Positions 1 through 14,100 of a DNA stretch of 64,000 nt are shown in pieces; position 1 is the stretch's first letter; each line of letters starts with the position of its first letter. The notes under the pieces were generated by a model, which saw only the letters and a program-made list of their open reading frames with translations, had not been told where the DNA came from and did not search any database. The translations under genes and the position numbers were made by a program. The DNA lies in NCBI GenBank assembly GCA_039621445.1, contig CP154954.1, forward strand, positions 17,948,589 to 18,012,588. Direction: 5' to 3'. Source of the DNA: Euglena gracilis. Taxonomy: Eukaryota.

Positions 1-2499
1 CACTTCCCCACCTCATACGTGCAAATCAGACCACTATCAACAAGCACAATCAAGATCAACAAGAAGGCAATTCAAGACATCCACCCCCAAAAAGGCACCC
101 TGCCCCCAAACCGACCAAGCAACCTCCCCCAATTTAGACGATGAAAAGGTTCTTTGAAATATTGTGGAAATTCCAAATTTTTAGGAACAAAAAAATCACA
201 CCACATCCCCGATAGTGTCCCCCCCCCCGGTAGTGTCCCATAACCCTTTGCCTTTCGCGTCGCTTTCCTGGACCCTGCATTTCCATTTGGATAGACAGCC
301 CCCCCCCCCCCCGATAGTGTCCCATGCCCACCTGTGGTTGAGCCAGGTATGGGACACTATCTGGGGGGACATGGCTTTTTCTCGATGCTTTGTAATTTTT
401 TGAGAAACAAAAAAAATCATGAGATCTCGATTTACCCATGCCGCAAAGTGCCAAAGTGCATAAAGAAAAGTTCTGTTTTTTTTGGAAGGAAAATGATAGC
501 TGTCTGCAGCCTTCAGGTGTTACCATGCCCCCCCCCCCCCCACGAGCTATCCCCTCCCGAGCTAAGGAGGGGGACGGGAATTGCCTTTGGGAAGTGACCG
601 AGCCCAAAATCACTCGTTTTAAACGAAGTCAAAAAAAGGCAAACTTTTTTAAAAAAATTAACAAAAAATGCCATTGAGGCAGAATCCAGAGACCTGCACC
701 CGAGCCGATGTCCTGGACACAGTTTTTGAAACCGTATATTAGGGCTCTGGACTCACGCCTGTATAGGACGCACGGGATTGTCTTATTTTGTCTGCAGGCT
801 TTTCTGAATGTACCCTGGCCAGGTCTCCGCCGTTTGCACCAACGCGATGCCCTGCCGAAGATGGAATTTTCTCAAAAGTTGCAAAAAATCACAAATGAGA
901 TAATGTGGTTTCTCTCTTTGAATTATGCTGTTTTATGTCACGTTGGTTTGCCACACTCACCCATGGAGCTTGCTCGAGAATGGAGGATGAAAGGAGAATC
1001 CATGCTTTTCTGCACTGTCACTGACCACCACATCTCTGGAAATTTCAATGAAAAAAAATCAAATCTGTGGTTTAAAAAAATGCGAAAATTTCAAAAAAAT
1101 ACGAAAAATTCTATGGTTTTTGAGAAAACCATTTGAACAGAGGTTTTTTTCAATTTTTTTTTTGAAATTGAAAAAAAAAGGGAAACTCACAAAAAAATTG
1201 CGCAAATTGAAGGGGCCGAAAAAACTCGGTCTGTTTTTTTTTTTGACAAGGTGGTTGTTTTCTATGGTCAATACTTATCTGAAGCAAAGGTTTGAGAAGT
1301 GCAGAAGATATCACAATCAAGCACAATTCATGCTGGTAGCAAATTCATTTAAGCATTGTTTGGTTAGCACTTTGACTCAAAAAGAAAACTTGCCCGATAA
1401 GAATACTGTGTTACACTATTTACACTATTTACTGTGTTACACATTTCTTTTTTTCTTTTCAGCCTTAACGCTGACCTTTGTCTTACCCAATGGGGCCTCA
1501 CCCTAAGCCTTGAGTACCATCCCCCCCATATAGGACCGGGGGAAAAGGGGGGAGGAACGACCCCTCCCCCTCCCCCCTTGCCCTACGGAGAGGTAGGAGA
1601 ACCAACGGATTATCACCCTGACCCTGGATCCATTCCCGGATTTTTTTTTCCAGTCACGAGCGACTGGATCCCGGCTTTCCAAATCACCTCCGCTTGACCC
1701 CCAACTCCCTGCCAGACCCAAGTTATTCAGCCGACAAGGGTCCACACTAGGTTGGATTATCCTCCCTCCTCAGTTTCGACTCTGCCATATTGCCCGGGGT
1801 TTTCAGCCCAAAAAATCGATTTTTCAACATAATCTCGAGAAAATGCAAATTATTTACAAAAGTGTCTGCCAGACTAACTGTGCCTGTGGACATCCTCTAT
1901 CGCCCCGCTCGCCATTTTGGCCGCCGACACGCCTGGCCCGTGTTCTGGCTTGGTTTTGTGGCCCAAAATGGCCATTTTTGGTTTTTTTGGGGGGGGCTGC
2001 TTTTTTGGGGAAAATTGATTTTTTTCAAAATATCTCCACAATGAAGCAAAATCAAAGGAAATGTCCAGACCAGAAATGAAGCCCTTCCAGCATTCCAAGG
2101 TGATATGGTTTGTTTCCAACTCTTCCCAAGTTACGGCCAATTTAGCCATTTTTCGGCCAATCTTGGTCCATTTTGGACGACTTTGGGCTGTTTTCGGGGT
2201 CAAAAAATTGATGTTTCTAAAATATCTTGGAATGATGAATGAAGCACAATCAAAGGAAAATGTACGGCTACCTAAAACAAAGCCCTGTCTAACGGCATTT
2301 TAATGTCCCCGTAACTCCACGACTAGCCCGAGTTATGGCACTTTAAGGGCATTTCGCTCCAAATCTGTCCTGTTTTGGCCTTTTTTTGGGGCCATTTTGG
2401 AGTCAAAAAAAATCAAAAATTTCAAAATATCTCCGAAATGGTGGCCAATGAAAGGAAATCATTGCGGACCTAAAAAAAATGAGACCTTATGGACCCTCT

Positions 2500-2886
2500 A
2501 TTAAACCCCCCTCCCAAATAATCGTCCCGGTTTATTATTTGGACACTCAAAATCGGGGTTGGGTCCAGGGGGGTTTATTATTTGGGGGGGGGGTATTTGA
2601 GCAAAACTTTTGAAGTCAAAAATCAACCCAAAAACGCCTCCCAGGCTCTGATGGCACCATTTTTGACAATTTCGGGAGTTTTGAAAAAATGGATACTCTT
2701 CTGACATATTTTATGCACCAATGATTGCATTTTTAGATTTTTTTTGCAACGTTTGTGCAGATTTTTGTCATTTTTTTCTTTGATTTCATAATTGTCGGAG
2801 GGGGGGTTTATTATTTGGGCAGCTGAAGTCGATCCTCAAGGGGGGGTTTATTATTTGGGGGGGGGCATTATTTGGGGGGGTTTATC
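2500..2886. mobile_element. MITE-like element, TTTATTATTTGGGGG family
   Basis: TAAACCCCCC..AAATAA / TTATTTGGGGGGGTTTA inverted ends; homolog at 24955-25345. Confidence 0.6.
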
Positions 2887-3220
2887 ACTTGGAGGGGGGG
2901 TTTACCCTCTATAGGCCCCAAGGGCCAGTTGTGTGCCTGGCCCCAAATACACCCCATAGGGTGCCTGCCCCTAGCAGGCACACCCCCCCGGGGGGGGTGG
3001 GGTCCGTGGGGGGACCCAGAAAATTTGCATTGAAAATGGCCTTTTCCGGGCCCCCAGTGCCTTTGGGGTCGGGGTCGGATGGGGTGCTATGGGGTGCCTG
3101 CCCCCAGCACCCCCCCCCCCCGTGGGGTAGGCACCTGACTAAGCACAAGCCAGGCCGGGCTGGGCTGGGCCAGGCTGGGCTGGGTTGCCTGGCATGAGGC
3201 AGGCAAAGAGCTCAGCACCA

Positions 3221-3720
3221 ACCCTCCCCCCCCCCAAATATAAGAAACCCCTCGCTATAAGAAGCCCCCAAATATAAGAAACCCTTTGACCGATTTTCAA
3301 CCGACACCCATATTTAAAAAACCCCCAAATATAAGAAACCCCTGGGCTGTTGGACGCTGATCCATATATAAGAAACCCCTCATCCATTTTCAACACAAGT
3401 CACAGAAAGTCTCAACAAAGAAGAAGCCGGTCCAGTCTATTGCTTCGTTGCAAAGCAAGAGGTCAGAAACAACTGCTTTTTGGGTGGAGAAGGTGCAACT
3501 AGACTCAAAAACTCAGACGTGAAGAAAAGCCAACACACAGCGGTCACATGTAATTTATTACACAAAGGAACCGAATGAAGAAAAAGTTCCATTTATAAGA
3601 AACCCTTGGGGCCTGCCTTCGACACCCAAATATAAGAAACCCCAAATATAAGAAACCCTTTGGGCCGATCGGCCGACACCCAAATATAAGAAACGGGTTT
3701 CTTATATTTTGGGGGGGGGT
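3221..3720. mobile_element. MITE-like element with AAATATAAGAAACCC subterminal repeats
   Basis: About 8 direct copies of the motif plus an inverted terminal copy (GGGTTTCTTATATTTTGGGGGGGGGT). Confidence 0.7.
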
Positions 3721-4029
3721 ACACAAAACCAGGTCTTATATGGGGGGGGGCATGGTAATTTTTCCCAAAGGGAAGGAAGTCATTGAAAATTCAGATTCTA
3801 AATTTTGTAACCCCTATGGTTCCAACGGAAGGAAAATGCAATGGAAACATTGCAGTTTTCTGACTGCTTTTTGGAAGTGGTTTTGGTCAGTGTGACCCTT
3901 AAGGAGGACTGGTGAGCATAAAACAAAATAAATAATTTTTGATGATTTTATTCAACCACCAGTGGCGGAGGTCTGCTAATTGTACTTTTAGGATATTCAC
4001 ACGGTGTGCTGTCGTGCTTGCTTTGCCAG

Positions 4030-6416
4030 GCAAAAGGTCGATGCCAATTCAAGCTCATCAACGTTGGACACGGCCACTTTTGAGCTCTTCGGACAGGAGG
4101 TGTGCTTGGTAACGCGAGACAGGCAATCTGCGCCGCCATACAGCCACTGTATTTGCTTGGCTCGGCAGGGATTCAGTGAGTGTTAGTTTTGCACAGGGGG
4201 GATGGTCCAGACCACCCCCTTCAGGGGGGGTCTGGGACCCCCCCCAAACCAAAAATTTTCCTGTGCCCTTCTTTGGCTTTTTTTCGTTCCGGGGAAGATA
4301 AAATTTCGGCACGGCTGCTTTTTCAAAAAGGTGTGAAAAAACGCAATTTTAGGGGGTTTTTAAGCCCCCAAAATTTTCTGGCGCTTCGAAACAGAAAATC
4401 TTTTTTACAGGAGGAGGGCGGTCCCGACGTCCCCCCTCCCTCTGATTCCCTGCCCTTGGAAGGCCGGCAGATCAAAAGAAAAGTATTTCCACCTTGTTTG
4501 GGTGATTTTGTCCTCCAAAGACGCTAGCTCCCATTTGAACTTTAATGAGCGTGTGGTGGGGTTTGCCGTGGTTGACATTCTGTTCAAGAGGCATCATCTG
4601 GGTTGCCGAACCGCCAACCCACCACATGAAATGGACCAATTCTTCTCTGTCCTGCAGTTCAAAGTGGAGAACAAGCCCCTTGGCAGCCCGGACAACCAGG
4701 GCCATCTATGGGTCCCCCAGAATCCAGTTGGTTTTGCCGAGGGCATTCTTCAGAGCCATTCCTCAAAAAAAATTCATGGAAATCTGCTCAAGGGGTAACT
4801 CTCCTCACGCTGTAGATTTTTCAGGACCTGCCCTTCTCTGTTGGCTGTGTTGGTCTTTCGTCGGATTTTTTCCCCCTTTGTTCCCTCTTCTGAATGGGTG
4901 TGGTGGAACTCTTTGGGGGAACTCTTTCCGACCCAAGAGCGTGTGCTGCCGAATGTGTGTTGTCAGTCATTGTTGTGGCCTTGCCCCTGGCTGGCATGTG
5001 GGGGGCATGGTTGAGTTTTTTTTTTGAGGCAAACCTAATTTTTTTTGGTCCAGAAACCCAGAAAATTTCAGATTTTGTGAGGACGATGGAAAATGGGGCT
5101 CCCGTGCACACAGTCATTTATTCAGTGGCCGACCCTGGGGTCGGCCACTGACTGATTTTCCGAAAAAAAAAGTGAGTGGCTGGTTTTTGGAATAGTGGAA
5201 GTGACCCCCGGGGGGGTTGGTAAAAAATTGTGTGGTCCCGTGCCAACCTGCTGGGGGAGATTTTGTTATTTTTTTTCAAAAGAAACCTGGGCCCCCAACA
5301 ACTTTGGTCATTTGCCTTTTTTGACCAAAACAATATTTTCCTTGTGATTTGTATTGGCAAATGGGACATTGGTGCCTTTTTTTTTACACTCAGGTGACTC
5401 ACAAGCCTCTCTGTTTACTTGCTTACATCGTTGTCGAGGAAAAATTATCGAAGATGGGAAAGTGAACATATTTGGTTTGTCATAGAAGTACTCCTTCCCT
5501 GGCTAACGAAGTTTGTCTCCGTACTAACCTATTTTTCCTCGTCGCACTTTTGAGTCACAATCCTTTTCTTTGGCCCTCTTTGGCACACGGTGGCAACTCT
5601 GCTCCTGTCTTTTGTGTCACTGTGGTCCAATAGTAAAGGAGGGGGTGAGGAATTCCAGCCATGCAACGAGGTCCCTGCTAATATCCCAGTGAGCTCCAAC
5701 CGGAAGGGTATCCCGCTTTTCAAGAAGGTGCCCTCGCAGCCTTCGGAGCTGGACGTCAATGAGGTGTGCCTCCTGCCCAGCTCAGGGCTTCCACATGTCA
5801 TGTTTTCCACAGAAATTGTCCCCAGGGCTAGCTTGACCCCCCCCCCAAACTGTTCCAAACCACAGAATGCTGAGGGTTGCAATTGCTTCTCATTTTGGAA
5901 CAACCTCCCCAGGTTTGGGACCAGACCATTGCTTAACACCTGTCCCACCCCACCCCCTGGGGGGGTGACTGACTGGTTTTTTCAGAGTGACTGACTGGTT
6001 TTTTTTGGCCGTGACCCCCCTCCCCCTGGGGGTGGGGTAGGCCAGAAACCACCCAAAAGTGGCTGAGCGGCCAACTGGCACCGAAGGCGCCGGAGAAAAT
6101 TTTGGCCAAAAATGGCCTTGAAAGGCCAAAACGTGACTGGTTTTCCTGAGTGGCCGACCCCCCCCCCCCGGGGGTAAAGTGACTGGCTGGCTTGGCCGAA
6201 AAAAGTGACTGACTGGTTTTTTCGGAGTGGAAAGTGACCCCCCCGGGGGTCTCTAACCAATGGTATGTTTGGGACCCTGTGCTACACTGCGCTACACATG
6301 GCGCCGGGTCAGGGCAATGGTCCCAGCGGAACCTTTCCCCACCAAATGTCCTCCAGACCGATTTCCATCTGGCGCTCAGTGCAAAGACCACTTGGGAGCG
6401 AAAATGCCATGCGTGA
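4030..6416 (+). CDS. 3' part of an unidentified spliced gene (5' exons unresolved)
   Basis: Phase-consistent exons 4030-4099, 4658-4693, 5683-5763 and 6357-6416 (TGA) give ...QKVDANSSSSTLDTATFELFGQE|FKVENKPLGSPD|IPVSSNRKGIPLFKKVPSQPSELDVNE|TDFHLALSAKTTWERKCHA*. There are two GT-AG introns and one CAG/CTG stem intron. No family recognised. Confidence 0.5.
4694..5682 (+). other. nonconventional (euglenid-type) intron
   Basis: C|AACCAGGGCC...GGTCCCTGCTAAT|A. CAG at +4..+6, CTG at -8..-6, Y|R borders; joins in frame. Confidence 0.65.
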
Positions 6417-9400
6417 GGGTCCTATCCGTACAACTGTTTGGGCTCCACAGCCACCAATTTGTCTGCTCAACGCATATATTCGGTGGTCGGATTGTGTGCG
6501 TGGGCATTGAGAGAGAGCATGGACTCGCTTAACACCTGTGTGACCCCACCCCCCCCAGCGGGGGGGGGGGGTGGATTTTCGAGAATGGGCGGGTGATTGT
6601 GAGATGCACAATGGCAACTTTTTGTCCAAAAAGTGCCCAAAAATGGCACCTTTGGCCGATTTTGGGGGGCAATATTTTTCGGCCCGTCACTTTGTGCCAG
6701 GCAAAAAAAATCAGTCACTGCACAGCAGGAGGGGGTGACAGGCATCATTATTTTTGAAGGCGAAAATTTCAAAAATTTTAAGGGGTTTCAAGGCGTTGTT
6801 TTAAGGTTTTTTCAAGGTTTTTTCAGGCAATTTGAAATTTTAAGAAATTTTAAGGCGTCTATTTTCCAAGGGTCTGTCAAAGAGCCATTCGGGCATCGAA
6901 CGAACGTTGGTCAACGTCGAAAATCAAAAAAGAATTCAAAGTGCATTGGTTTGAGTTTTGGGTGGACAGACAATGATGTTTCAGCGATGACAGAATAATA
7001 AATCATATTTTTTTCTCCCCTGGAGTTCACTTTTTTTTGCCAAGACGCCGCGACTTCTTTTTGCTCAAAATTCGAAAAAAATATCTGGTTCGGACCCACC
7101 CACCCCCCGGAGGGGGGACTTGTTGTTGGTGAATGGCCCCTCTCTGCCCCAAGTTGGCCTCCTGGGCTGTTGAAGGTAACTTCGAAAAATTGTTCCCATT
7201 TAGATCAGATGAGCACTTGCTGAAGTTATAACCGGACATTTTTTTAAGGCGCCTAAAAAACCTTTAAAAACCTTCAGAATTTTGTTCTGCAAATCCCCTT
7301 GGGGGGTGAGGGGCAAGGCACAAAGTTAGCCTTGTTTTTGCACAGGGGGAGGGGGGGGAGTCGGACCCCCTTGGAGCCAAATTGTTTTCTTCCCCAATGC
7401 AAAGCGCTGGGGAAGAAAACAATTTGGCTCCAATATATATATTGTATATATATACAATATATATACACACACATACAGGGTATTGTATACAGGTTATTAT
7501 TGTATATATATATATAGATATTCAGGTTATTTTTTAAAATAGAAATCAAAAAAAATGTGCAAAGCTTCACTTTCCCCAATGCGAAGCGCTGGGGAAGAAA
7601 AAAATTTGGCTCCAAGGGGGTCCCAGACTCCCCCCCTCCCCCTAAATAGAAATCAGAAACTGAAACTGAAGCACGATTTTTTTGAGTTTTTTGAGCCCAA
7701 ATTTTTGAGCCAGGTTTTCCTGAACAGGGGAGGGCCACCTCATTTAGTACCCAGGGGAGGTACCCTGTCCCCATTGTTTTATATCTGTGCCTGTGTGCTC
7801 TTGACTGTTCAAGTGAGCTGCATTGACTCAATTTTCAACTTAGGAGCACCTGGAAGAAATTGCCGCAGATGTGCTGAAGTACCAGCGCTACAGCTTATGT
7901 GGGTTTCGCATTGGGAAAAGGCTTGCCACGGGATTGTTGTGGTCTGGTGTGGTACCCCTGCGCCTCATCTGCTATGTCTTTTTTCCCCGCATGTTGGTTT
8001 ATTTTTATGTATATGTCAGTTGTGTTCACAATGTGTTAGATTTATATTCAACTTCTGTGCACCTGCTAGACACGGCAGGAGGATATTCAAGTTGCAATTT
8101 TCATTTCTCTTGTATCCTCCAGAAATCTGAAAATGCTTTTTTTTTGCATCATATAAATCTTGCATTATAAAAATTTGACAACTGGAGGTTGCAGACATAA
8201 TTTGGGTCCAGATTTTTTTTAAAGGTTGGATCCTGGGGGGTTTGGGTGGGTGGGTTTGCTGGACCCCCGGGACACCCCCAGGACCTTGTTGGTCCCCCGC
8301 CGGAGCAGGGTTTTGGTCATTTTTGGCACGAAGCGCCAAAAAAAAATCTTGACCCCAAAATTGACCTGACCCCCAAAAGGTGGGTCCCCGTCCCCCACAG
8401 CCCCCCCCAGAGGGTGGTACCCCCTGGATGGTGGGGGTCCCCGGTCTTATAAATTCCCAGGTGGACAAATTTTGCATTATTCTTGTTGCTCCATCAACAT
8501 AAGTGCATGCATGCAACTGGTCAAATCACTCGTGCCATTATGCAAGTTTGCACGGCTCTTTCTTTTGGTTAATGGCATTTTTTTTGTTGTTGTTTTTTTG
8601 ACTTTTTTTGGCTTTTTCGAAAAAAATCGTGCAAGGTGTTGCTTTGGCAATGGTTTTAATATTTTTAACATAACAAATCCCACCCCACTCATCAACCCCA
8701 ATTTATAAACCCCACTCAACCCCTCCCTCCCGCGCCGACCAAACAAAGCCCGACTTTTAACCCCCACCCCTGGGAAAGAAGAACAAAAGACGCCGGGGAC
8801 AATTTTTGCCGGCTGCGAAACACCCCAAAAACTGATTTTTGGCAATTTTTATGCAAATAACCATGATCAAAAATGCCATTTTTGACAGATTTGCCAAAGT
8901 CTTCAGGAGCTTCCCAGAATTGTTCATTTTTCTTAACTCCTTTGGGAAAACTTTTCACTATGAAACATAAACCCCCCCTCCCCACTTACAAACCCCCTGG
9001 GGCTCCTTGGATCAGGTTTTGTTGGCCAGCCGAAGGGGGCTAAATAAGTGGGGTAGTTTATAAGTCAAGGAATTGTTGGTCAAAATCCTACCCACCAAAA
9101 TGACCTCCTACTCCCCCCGATTTGGCATTCTTTGGAATTACATGCATGCCAACTCACATGCAACTTTTTTTTGCATTTTTTTGCATTTCTTGCATGCATG
9201 TTTTGAGGTGTCTTGTTGCATAATCCCACTCTCTGCTGATGAAGCTGTGCCCCATGTGTTCAGAACAGGTTACAAGTACCCAGCAGGCTCTCTCATCTCA
9301 CACATCCAGGGAGTTGAAATCCTTACGTTACCAGCCAGAATGTGTGCCCTTTCGAACGTCCTGATCCTTGGAACCAAGGAACCCACCTCTGGTGACCACT

Positions 9401-10262
9401 GGTGACCCAGCAAGGTGGTTTTTATGTGGAAATAGGAATGCGTAACCCCCCCTCTAAATACAACCCCCCCCAGGGTTTCTATTTGGGCGATAAGGCAAGG
9501 CCCCCAGGGAGGTTTTTACACAAACATTTGTGTTTTTCGTTGCATTACATTTATTTTTATAATTCGGCGGCTACATTTGGACTGGGGTGAATCAAATATC
9601 CAACGAAAGGCGTATTTGTTTCCCGATGCAGTTTTGCACTGATTGCTTTAAATTCCACTGTTTAAATAAAATTTGCAGCTGGTTACCATTTTTGTTCGTA
9701 TTCATTGCCTAAAAACTGCCACAAAATGGTAAATTTTCAGGGTTTTCCCCCTCCTGGTACCACCCGCATGGCGTCTGTCCAGGTTCTCATTGGGGAATAG
9801 GGGTTGTATTTGGTCACCATCATGCCCCATGGGGGGTTTCAACGGGGGAGGGGTTACACTAAAGGTGTGTAAATTTGGGAGGTTTTCCTCAGTTTGAAAA
9901 TGCAGACTTCTTCAGCAAGGTTGCCAGAAATCCAAATTTTCCCCTGACGTCAATATTTTTTCTGCTGAGAAACTTCGAATTTCCATTTTTAGTTGAATGC
10001 GCTTGGCGGCAGATTTTTTATTTTATTCACTCAAGGGCTGCCCTGGTTTTCAAGCTCACCCACCTCGAAAATTTCATCCCATTGCTTCAGCAATCCTCTG
10101 TTATTCCAGCCTTAAGCGCCTTCTTCGTAGGTTTTTCGGATAGTTTGTTTGTTGACCCAACTTCCAAGCCTCCGGTGAAACGCTGCCTTCCACCCACACC
10201 GCCTGTTGCGGGGACGCCCCCTCCACTCGCACGCCGTCCTCCGTGCCTTGACCCTCCGCCAG

Positions 10263-11074
10263 GGGTGGTACTGGGCCACGTTGGCCAAAACGTCGCCCTC
10301 CCCTCGTTCGCCGACAACCTCTGCCTCAACTGCATGACCTCCACTTACTTCGTCGCCCTGTTCACCGCATGTGCGTCGGTGCTCATCCTGTCGCCGCCGG
10401 GCTTTCGCTCCCACAGTGCGCCGTGTCCACCATACATTGTGATATTTTTCTGTCAGAAAGCTGTAGAGTTGATTTTTCTCCCCCCGGTGCTTTTATGCCA
10501 TGCAAAAGATGTGCTGGTGCCCATCAAACTATTGGCATATTTGATTTATCCATCATCAGAGCTGCAGAGCATGGAACAATGGAACATGTTGGCAACCCAA
10601 AAGCGAATTTTTTTCGATGTTAAACCCAGAGTCTGTTCAAGGAGTTCAAAGTATCCTAAGCAGATATTTTTTTTAAGTTTCGTGACCCGGCGGGGGGGGG
10701 GTGGGTCCCTGGCCGAGCCCCCCCTTTCCCAGGAATGGGTACCCCCAGAGGTTGGGTTCTGTTCTATTTTCCCCGCTTGCACCGACAGAATTTTTTGGAC
10801 CCCAAAATTGACCCTCCAAATGTCCAAGCCCCCCTCCCCGGGGGAGCCCAGCGGGTGGGTGGGTGCGTCTGGAACCCCCCGGGCCTTAAAAACCTCTGAT
10901 CCTGAGCATTAATAACCCAAAGTCAAAAAATCGTCAGGAGCATAACTGTGAGATTGTGTTCAATGTAAATTTGCAAGATGAAGATGTTTGACCAATTTTC
11001 AAAAAAAAGTATCAAGCAAGGCTCCTCTTTGTTTCCTTTTGTTCCAGTGTATGTGTGAATGTGTGTGTATGGAA

Positions 11075-11113
<39 letters not shown>

Positions 11114-14100
11114 CGTGCGCGTGCGTGCGTGCGCGTGCGTGCGTGCATTTGTGTGTGATGGGACCATGTCTCCTGCCCATCTGCATGTCTTCCTCTGTCG
11201 TATGGGGAAACTCTTTGACTGGGAATAAGGCCCCTGCCATTCTTCCTCGTCTGCTTGATCTCCCGGACTAACACCCCGGTGCAGCACCACTCCCACTCCT
11301 CTCTTGCGCTCGTGACACTGCACATGCCCCCCACCCTTTTTGTGGATGGCTTTATTGGGTCCTGGCTGGTTGCCTGAGCCCATTTCATTTCAGAAATGTC
11401 TTTGACTCACTGTCTCCCTGGATTTTTTTTGTTGCCGCCAATCCTCCTCCTGAAGCTGTTGCTAACAGCCCCCCCCCCCCCCTGGGACTAGTCGAGCCCC
11501 CTCCGGGGGGGGGGGTACTGCAAACCCTGAAGCAGAAGCCTGGAACAGATAGCAGAACTTCTGAAACTCATTCTCAAGACCACAAAGGTCGGTACCCCCA
11601 ATGCCAGGGGCTCTCGGAAACCTCGGGTCTGAACATCACACTCGGTGCTGGAGGTGGAAAGCCTGGATACAGACAAAAGCAGCTGTGGAAGCAAAGGCTT
11701 CCATTTTTGTTCCTTATTGCCGTTTGAAGACAAAAGCTGTCACTCAGGCTGCATTTATGTGATCTGATGCTGAAAGTCTGTTCACACACGAGGGGAACAA
11801 TGGAAGGTGGTGGGGTGTTGGGAACATGTTGCCTTCGTGATATTTTTTCTGAGTTCTGTTCAACAAGCCTGAAAAAAACCGGCAAAAATCAGAGAACCCT
11901 CAACCAGAGAAACGTCAGCTATCTTGTTTGCAGGTGCATTGCATCAGTGGAATTCGTTTCTTCTTTTTGCCCAGATGACTTTCCACATAAAAGCTTCTTT
12001 AAAACCAAGGTGCAAGGCACCGGCCTCAATGGCCCCGGGGAAATACACAATCATTGGAAGATGCGATGAGATGTAACTGTTGCACTGCCACAAAAGAGTT
12101 GAAACGCGATGCTTCCGTTTGCGGCGCTTCACCGACCGCCGCTCCCCTTCCCCTGATAGGGAATCATAGCATGGTCGCCATTCCAGCACTCGCCCCAACC
12201 GAAGGGACACACACCGCAGTGCCAGTGCCACGGACGCGGTGGTGGGCTTCCTGTCGGCGTGCGCGCTGCTCATCCGGGCCTACACCGCCCCCAGCAGCAA
12301 GGTCAGCCCGGTGTTCCACCCAGGGGTTCTCTTCCCTTTATCGAATACCGAACGAAATTCGTCGAATGGCTCTTTCGTGTTGACCGGGGTTGAGTTTCAC
12401 CCAAATCACGTGGGCTGCTTCCTGGCAGGAGGGATGGTGGCCCCCCTCCAAGTTGGGTGCGACCCCCGTGGTGCAGGTGGTTAATCTGAACACTGCGCCT
12501 CACCATGGCTGGATCATTGCCTGTCCAAACGTTGCTGGGGAACTCTATCTCACTCCTTTCATGTGAGCTTTGGTGCTGGAGTCCCCTGCGCCTTGCAAGT
12601 GGGTCATCGTTCCGTGACCTGCTGATTTTCGCTGGGCCAAAACGTGTAAATGGAGTAAGAAATTGTGCAGGCCAGGATTGCATTCAGGGTTTTTTTTTAG
12701 TTGTGGACCCCCGGGGGGGGGGGGAGGGGGGGTAGGGTGGGTGGGTCCGGCCGGACCCCCTCAGAGGGGTGTGCCTTTTTTGGCTGGTGGGTTCCCGGCG
12801 CTGAAGGGGCCGGAGAAAAAAATTTTGACCGGCGCCGAGGCGCCAAATTTTTTTGGTATCTTCTTTGCCGCGCCTCTTGTCACAGCCAAAATGTACAAGT
12901 GCTTTTGTGGTTCCATGTTGAAGAATTCTGGACAGTTACAATTTTATTTTATTATCCATCATTATCCATCATTGTGAATGTCATTAAATTTCTCCTTTAA
13001 GTTGTCATATGATTTGGTTTTTTGTTTTTCTTCGAAGCACAACATTACAGCGGCATACACAATTAAACACAAATGAGCATTGCTTTGGTCTTTGCGACAA
13101 TTCCACAGTAAAACACCAGCATTTTCTATGACAACAATGATAACAAAACATTGTAACTGCCGTCAATTTTTTTTTCGATGATTGGCGTGTTTGCTTTGCC
13201 GCGTTCACGTTTCGCAGTGTCAAAAATACCCCCCCCCCCAAAAGTGGGTCCATCGGGACCCCCCCCCTGGGGGGCCCCCAAGGGGTGGGTGGGTGGGTGG
13301 GGGGTACCCCCGGTCTTAAAAAGAACCCTGATTGCATTTTTTTGCTTTTTGTTCTGCCTATCAGCATCCATACTCGCGGGAATGTGGATGCCAATGAATC
13401 ACGGCAAAGCATCATTCCAGGGTTCCGGAAGTTCTCTGTTCTGAAGTGCAGAGGGACTAATGTGCAATTTTCACTTATACCCCACCCCGAAGGAGCGAAT
13501 CTTTGTCCCTAGGCCATTGCCTCCAGTGTCTCCATCTGCTACAGCATCCGACTCCATACGCTCTTCAAGGAGGAGGTATCGTCTGCTTGCTGCCTTTTTT
13601 TTAAGTCCTTGTCACTGCTTTGGGTTTTCAAGCGAAGCCTGGACAAGAAAATGTCCACACAGAAGAAGCGCACGCATGGGAAACCACCTGGCTCTTTTTC
13701 AACCATTTAGGAAACGTAGGTATCGAAATGAAGGCAATCCGCCCCTGCAAAGTTATTTGGGCAGTGCCCTAACCCATTGACAGATTGATGGATCGATTCA
13801 CCACATATCCTCCTATAACCCTTTTCCTGTTCCTTGTGAAGCGGGCAAGTCATTTGGACGGAACTTTTTCAGCTTTCCCCCTGCAAAGTTATTTGGGCAT
13901 GCAAAACTTCAGGGCACTGCACATTTTGTTCGGGGGTTAACTTGAGCACCATCACCGAAATCTGTTTGGAAGTTTTTGAGAAAAATGAACCTTTTCTGAA
14001 CCAGCAAATGTTTCAAATTACAATCGATTTGTTTCTCCATTTCCGCCCAAAAGATAAAGCTTCCCATCATAAAGAGGCCCCTCCAGAGAGAGTTGGAAGG

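Noticed and set aside
9875-10912. 345-aa ORF as a single-exon gene
   Set aside because: Only ~10263-10370 looks coding; the rest runs through intron sequence and a TSD-flanked MITE.
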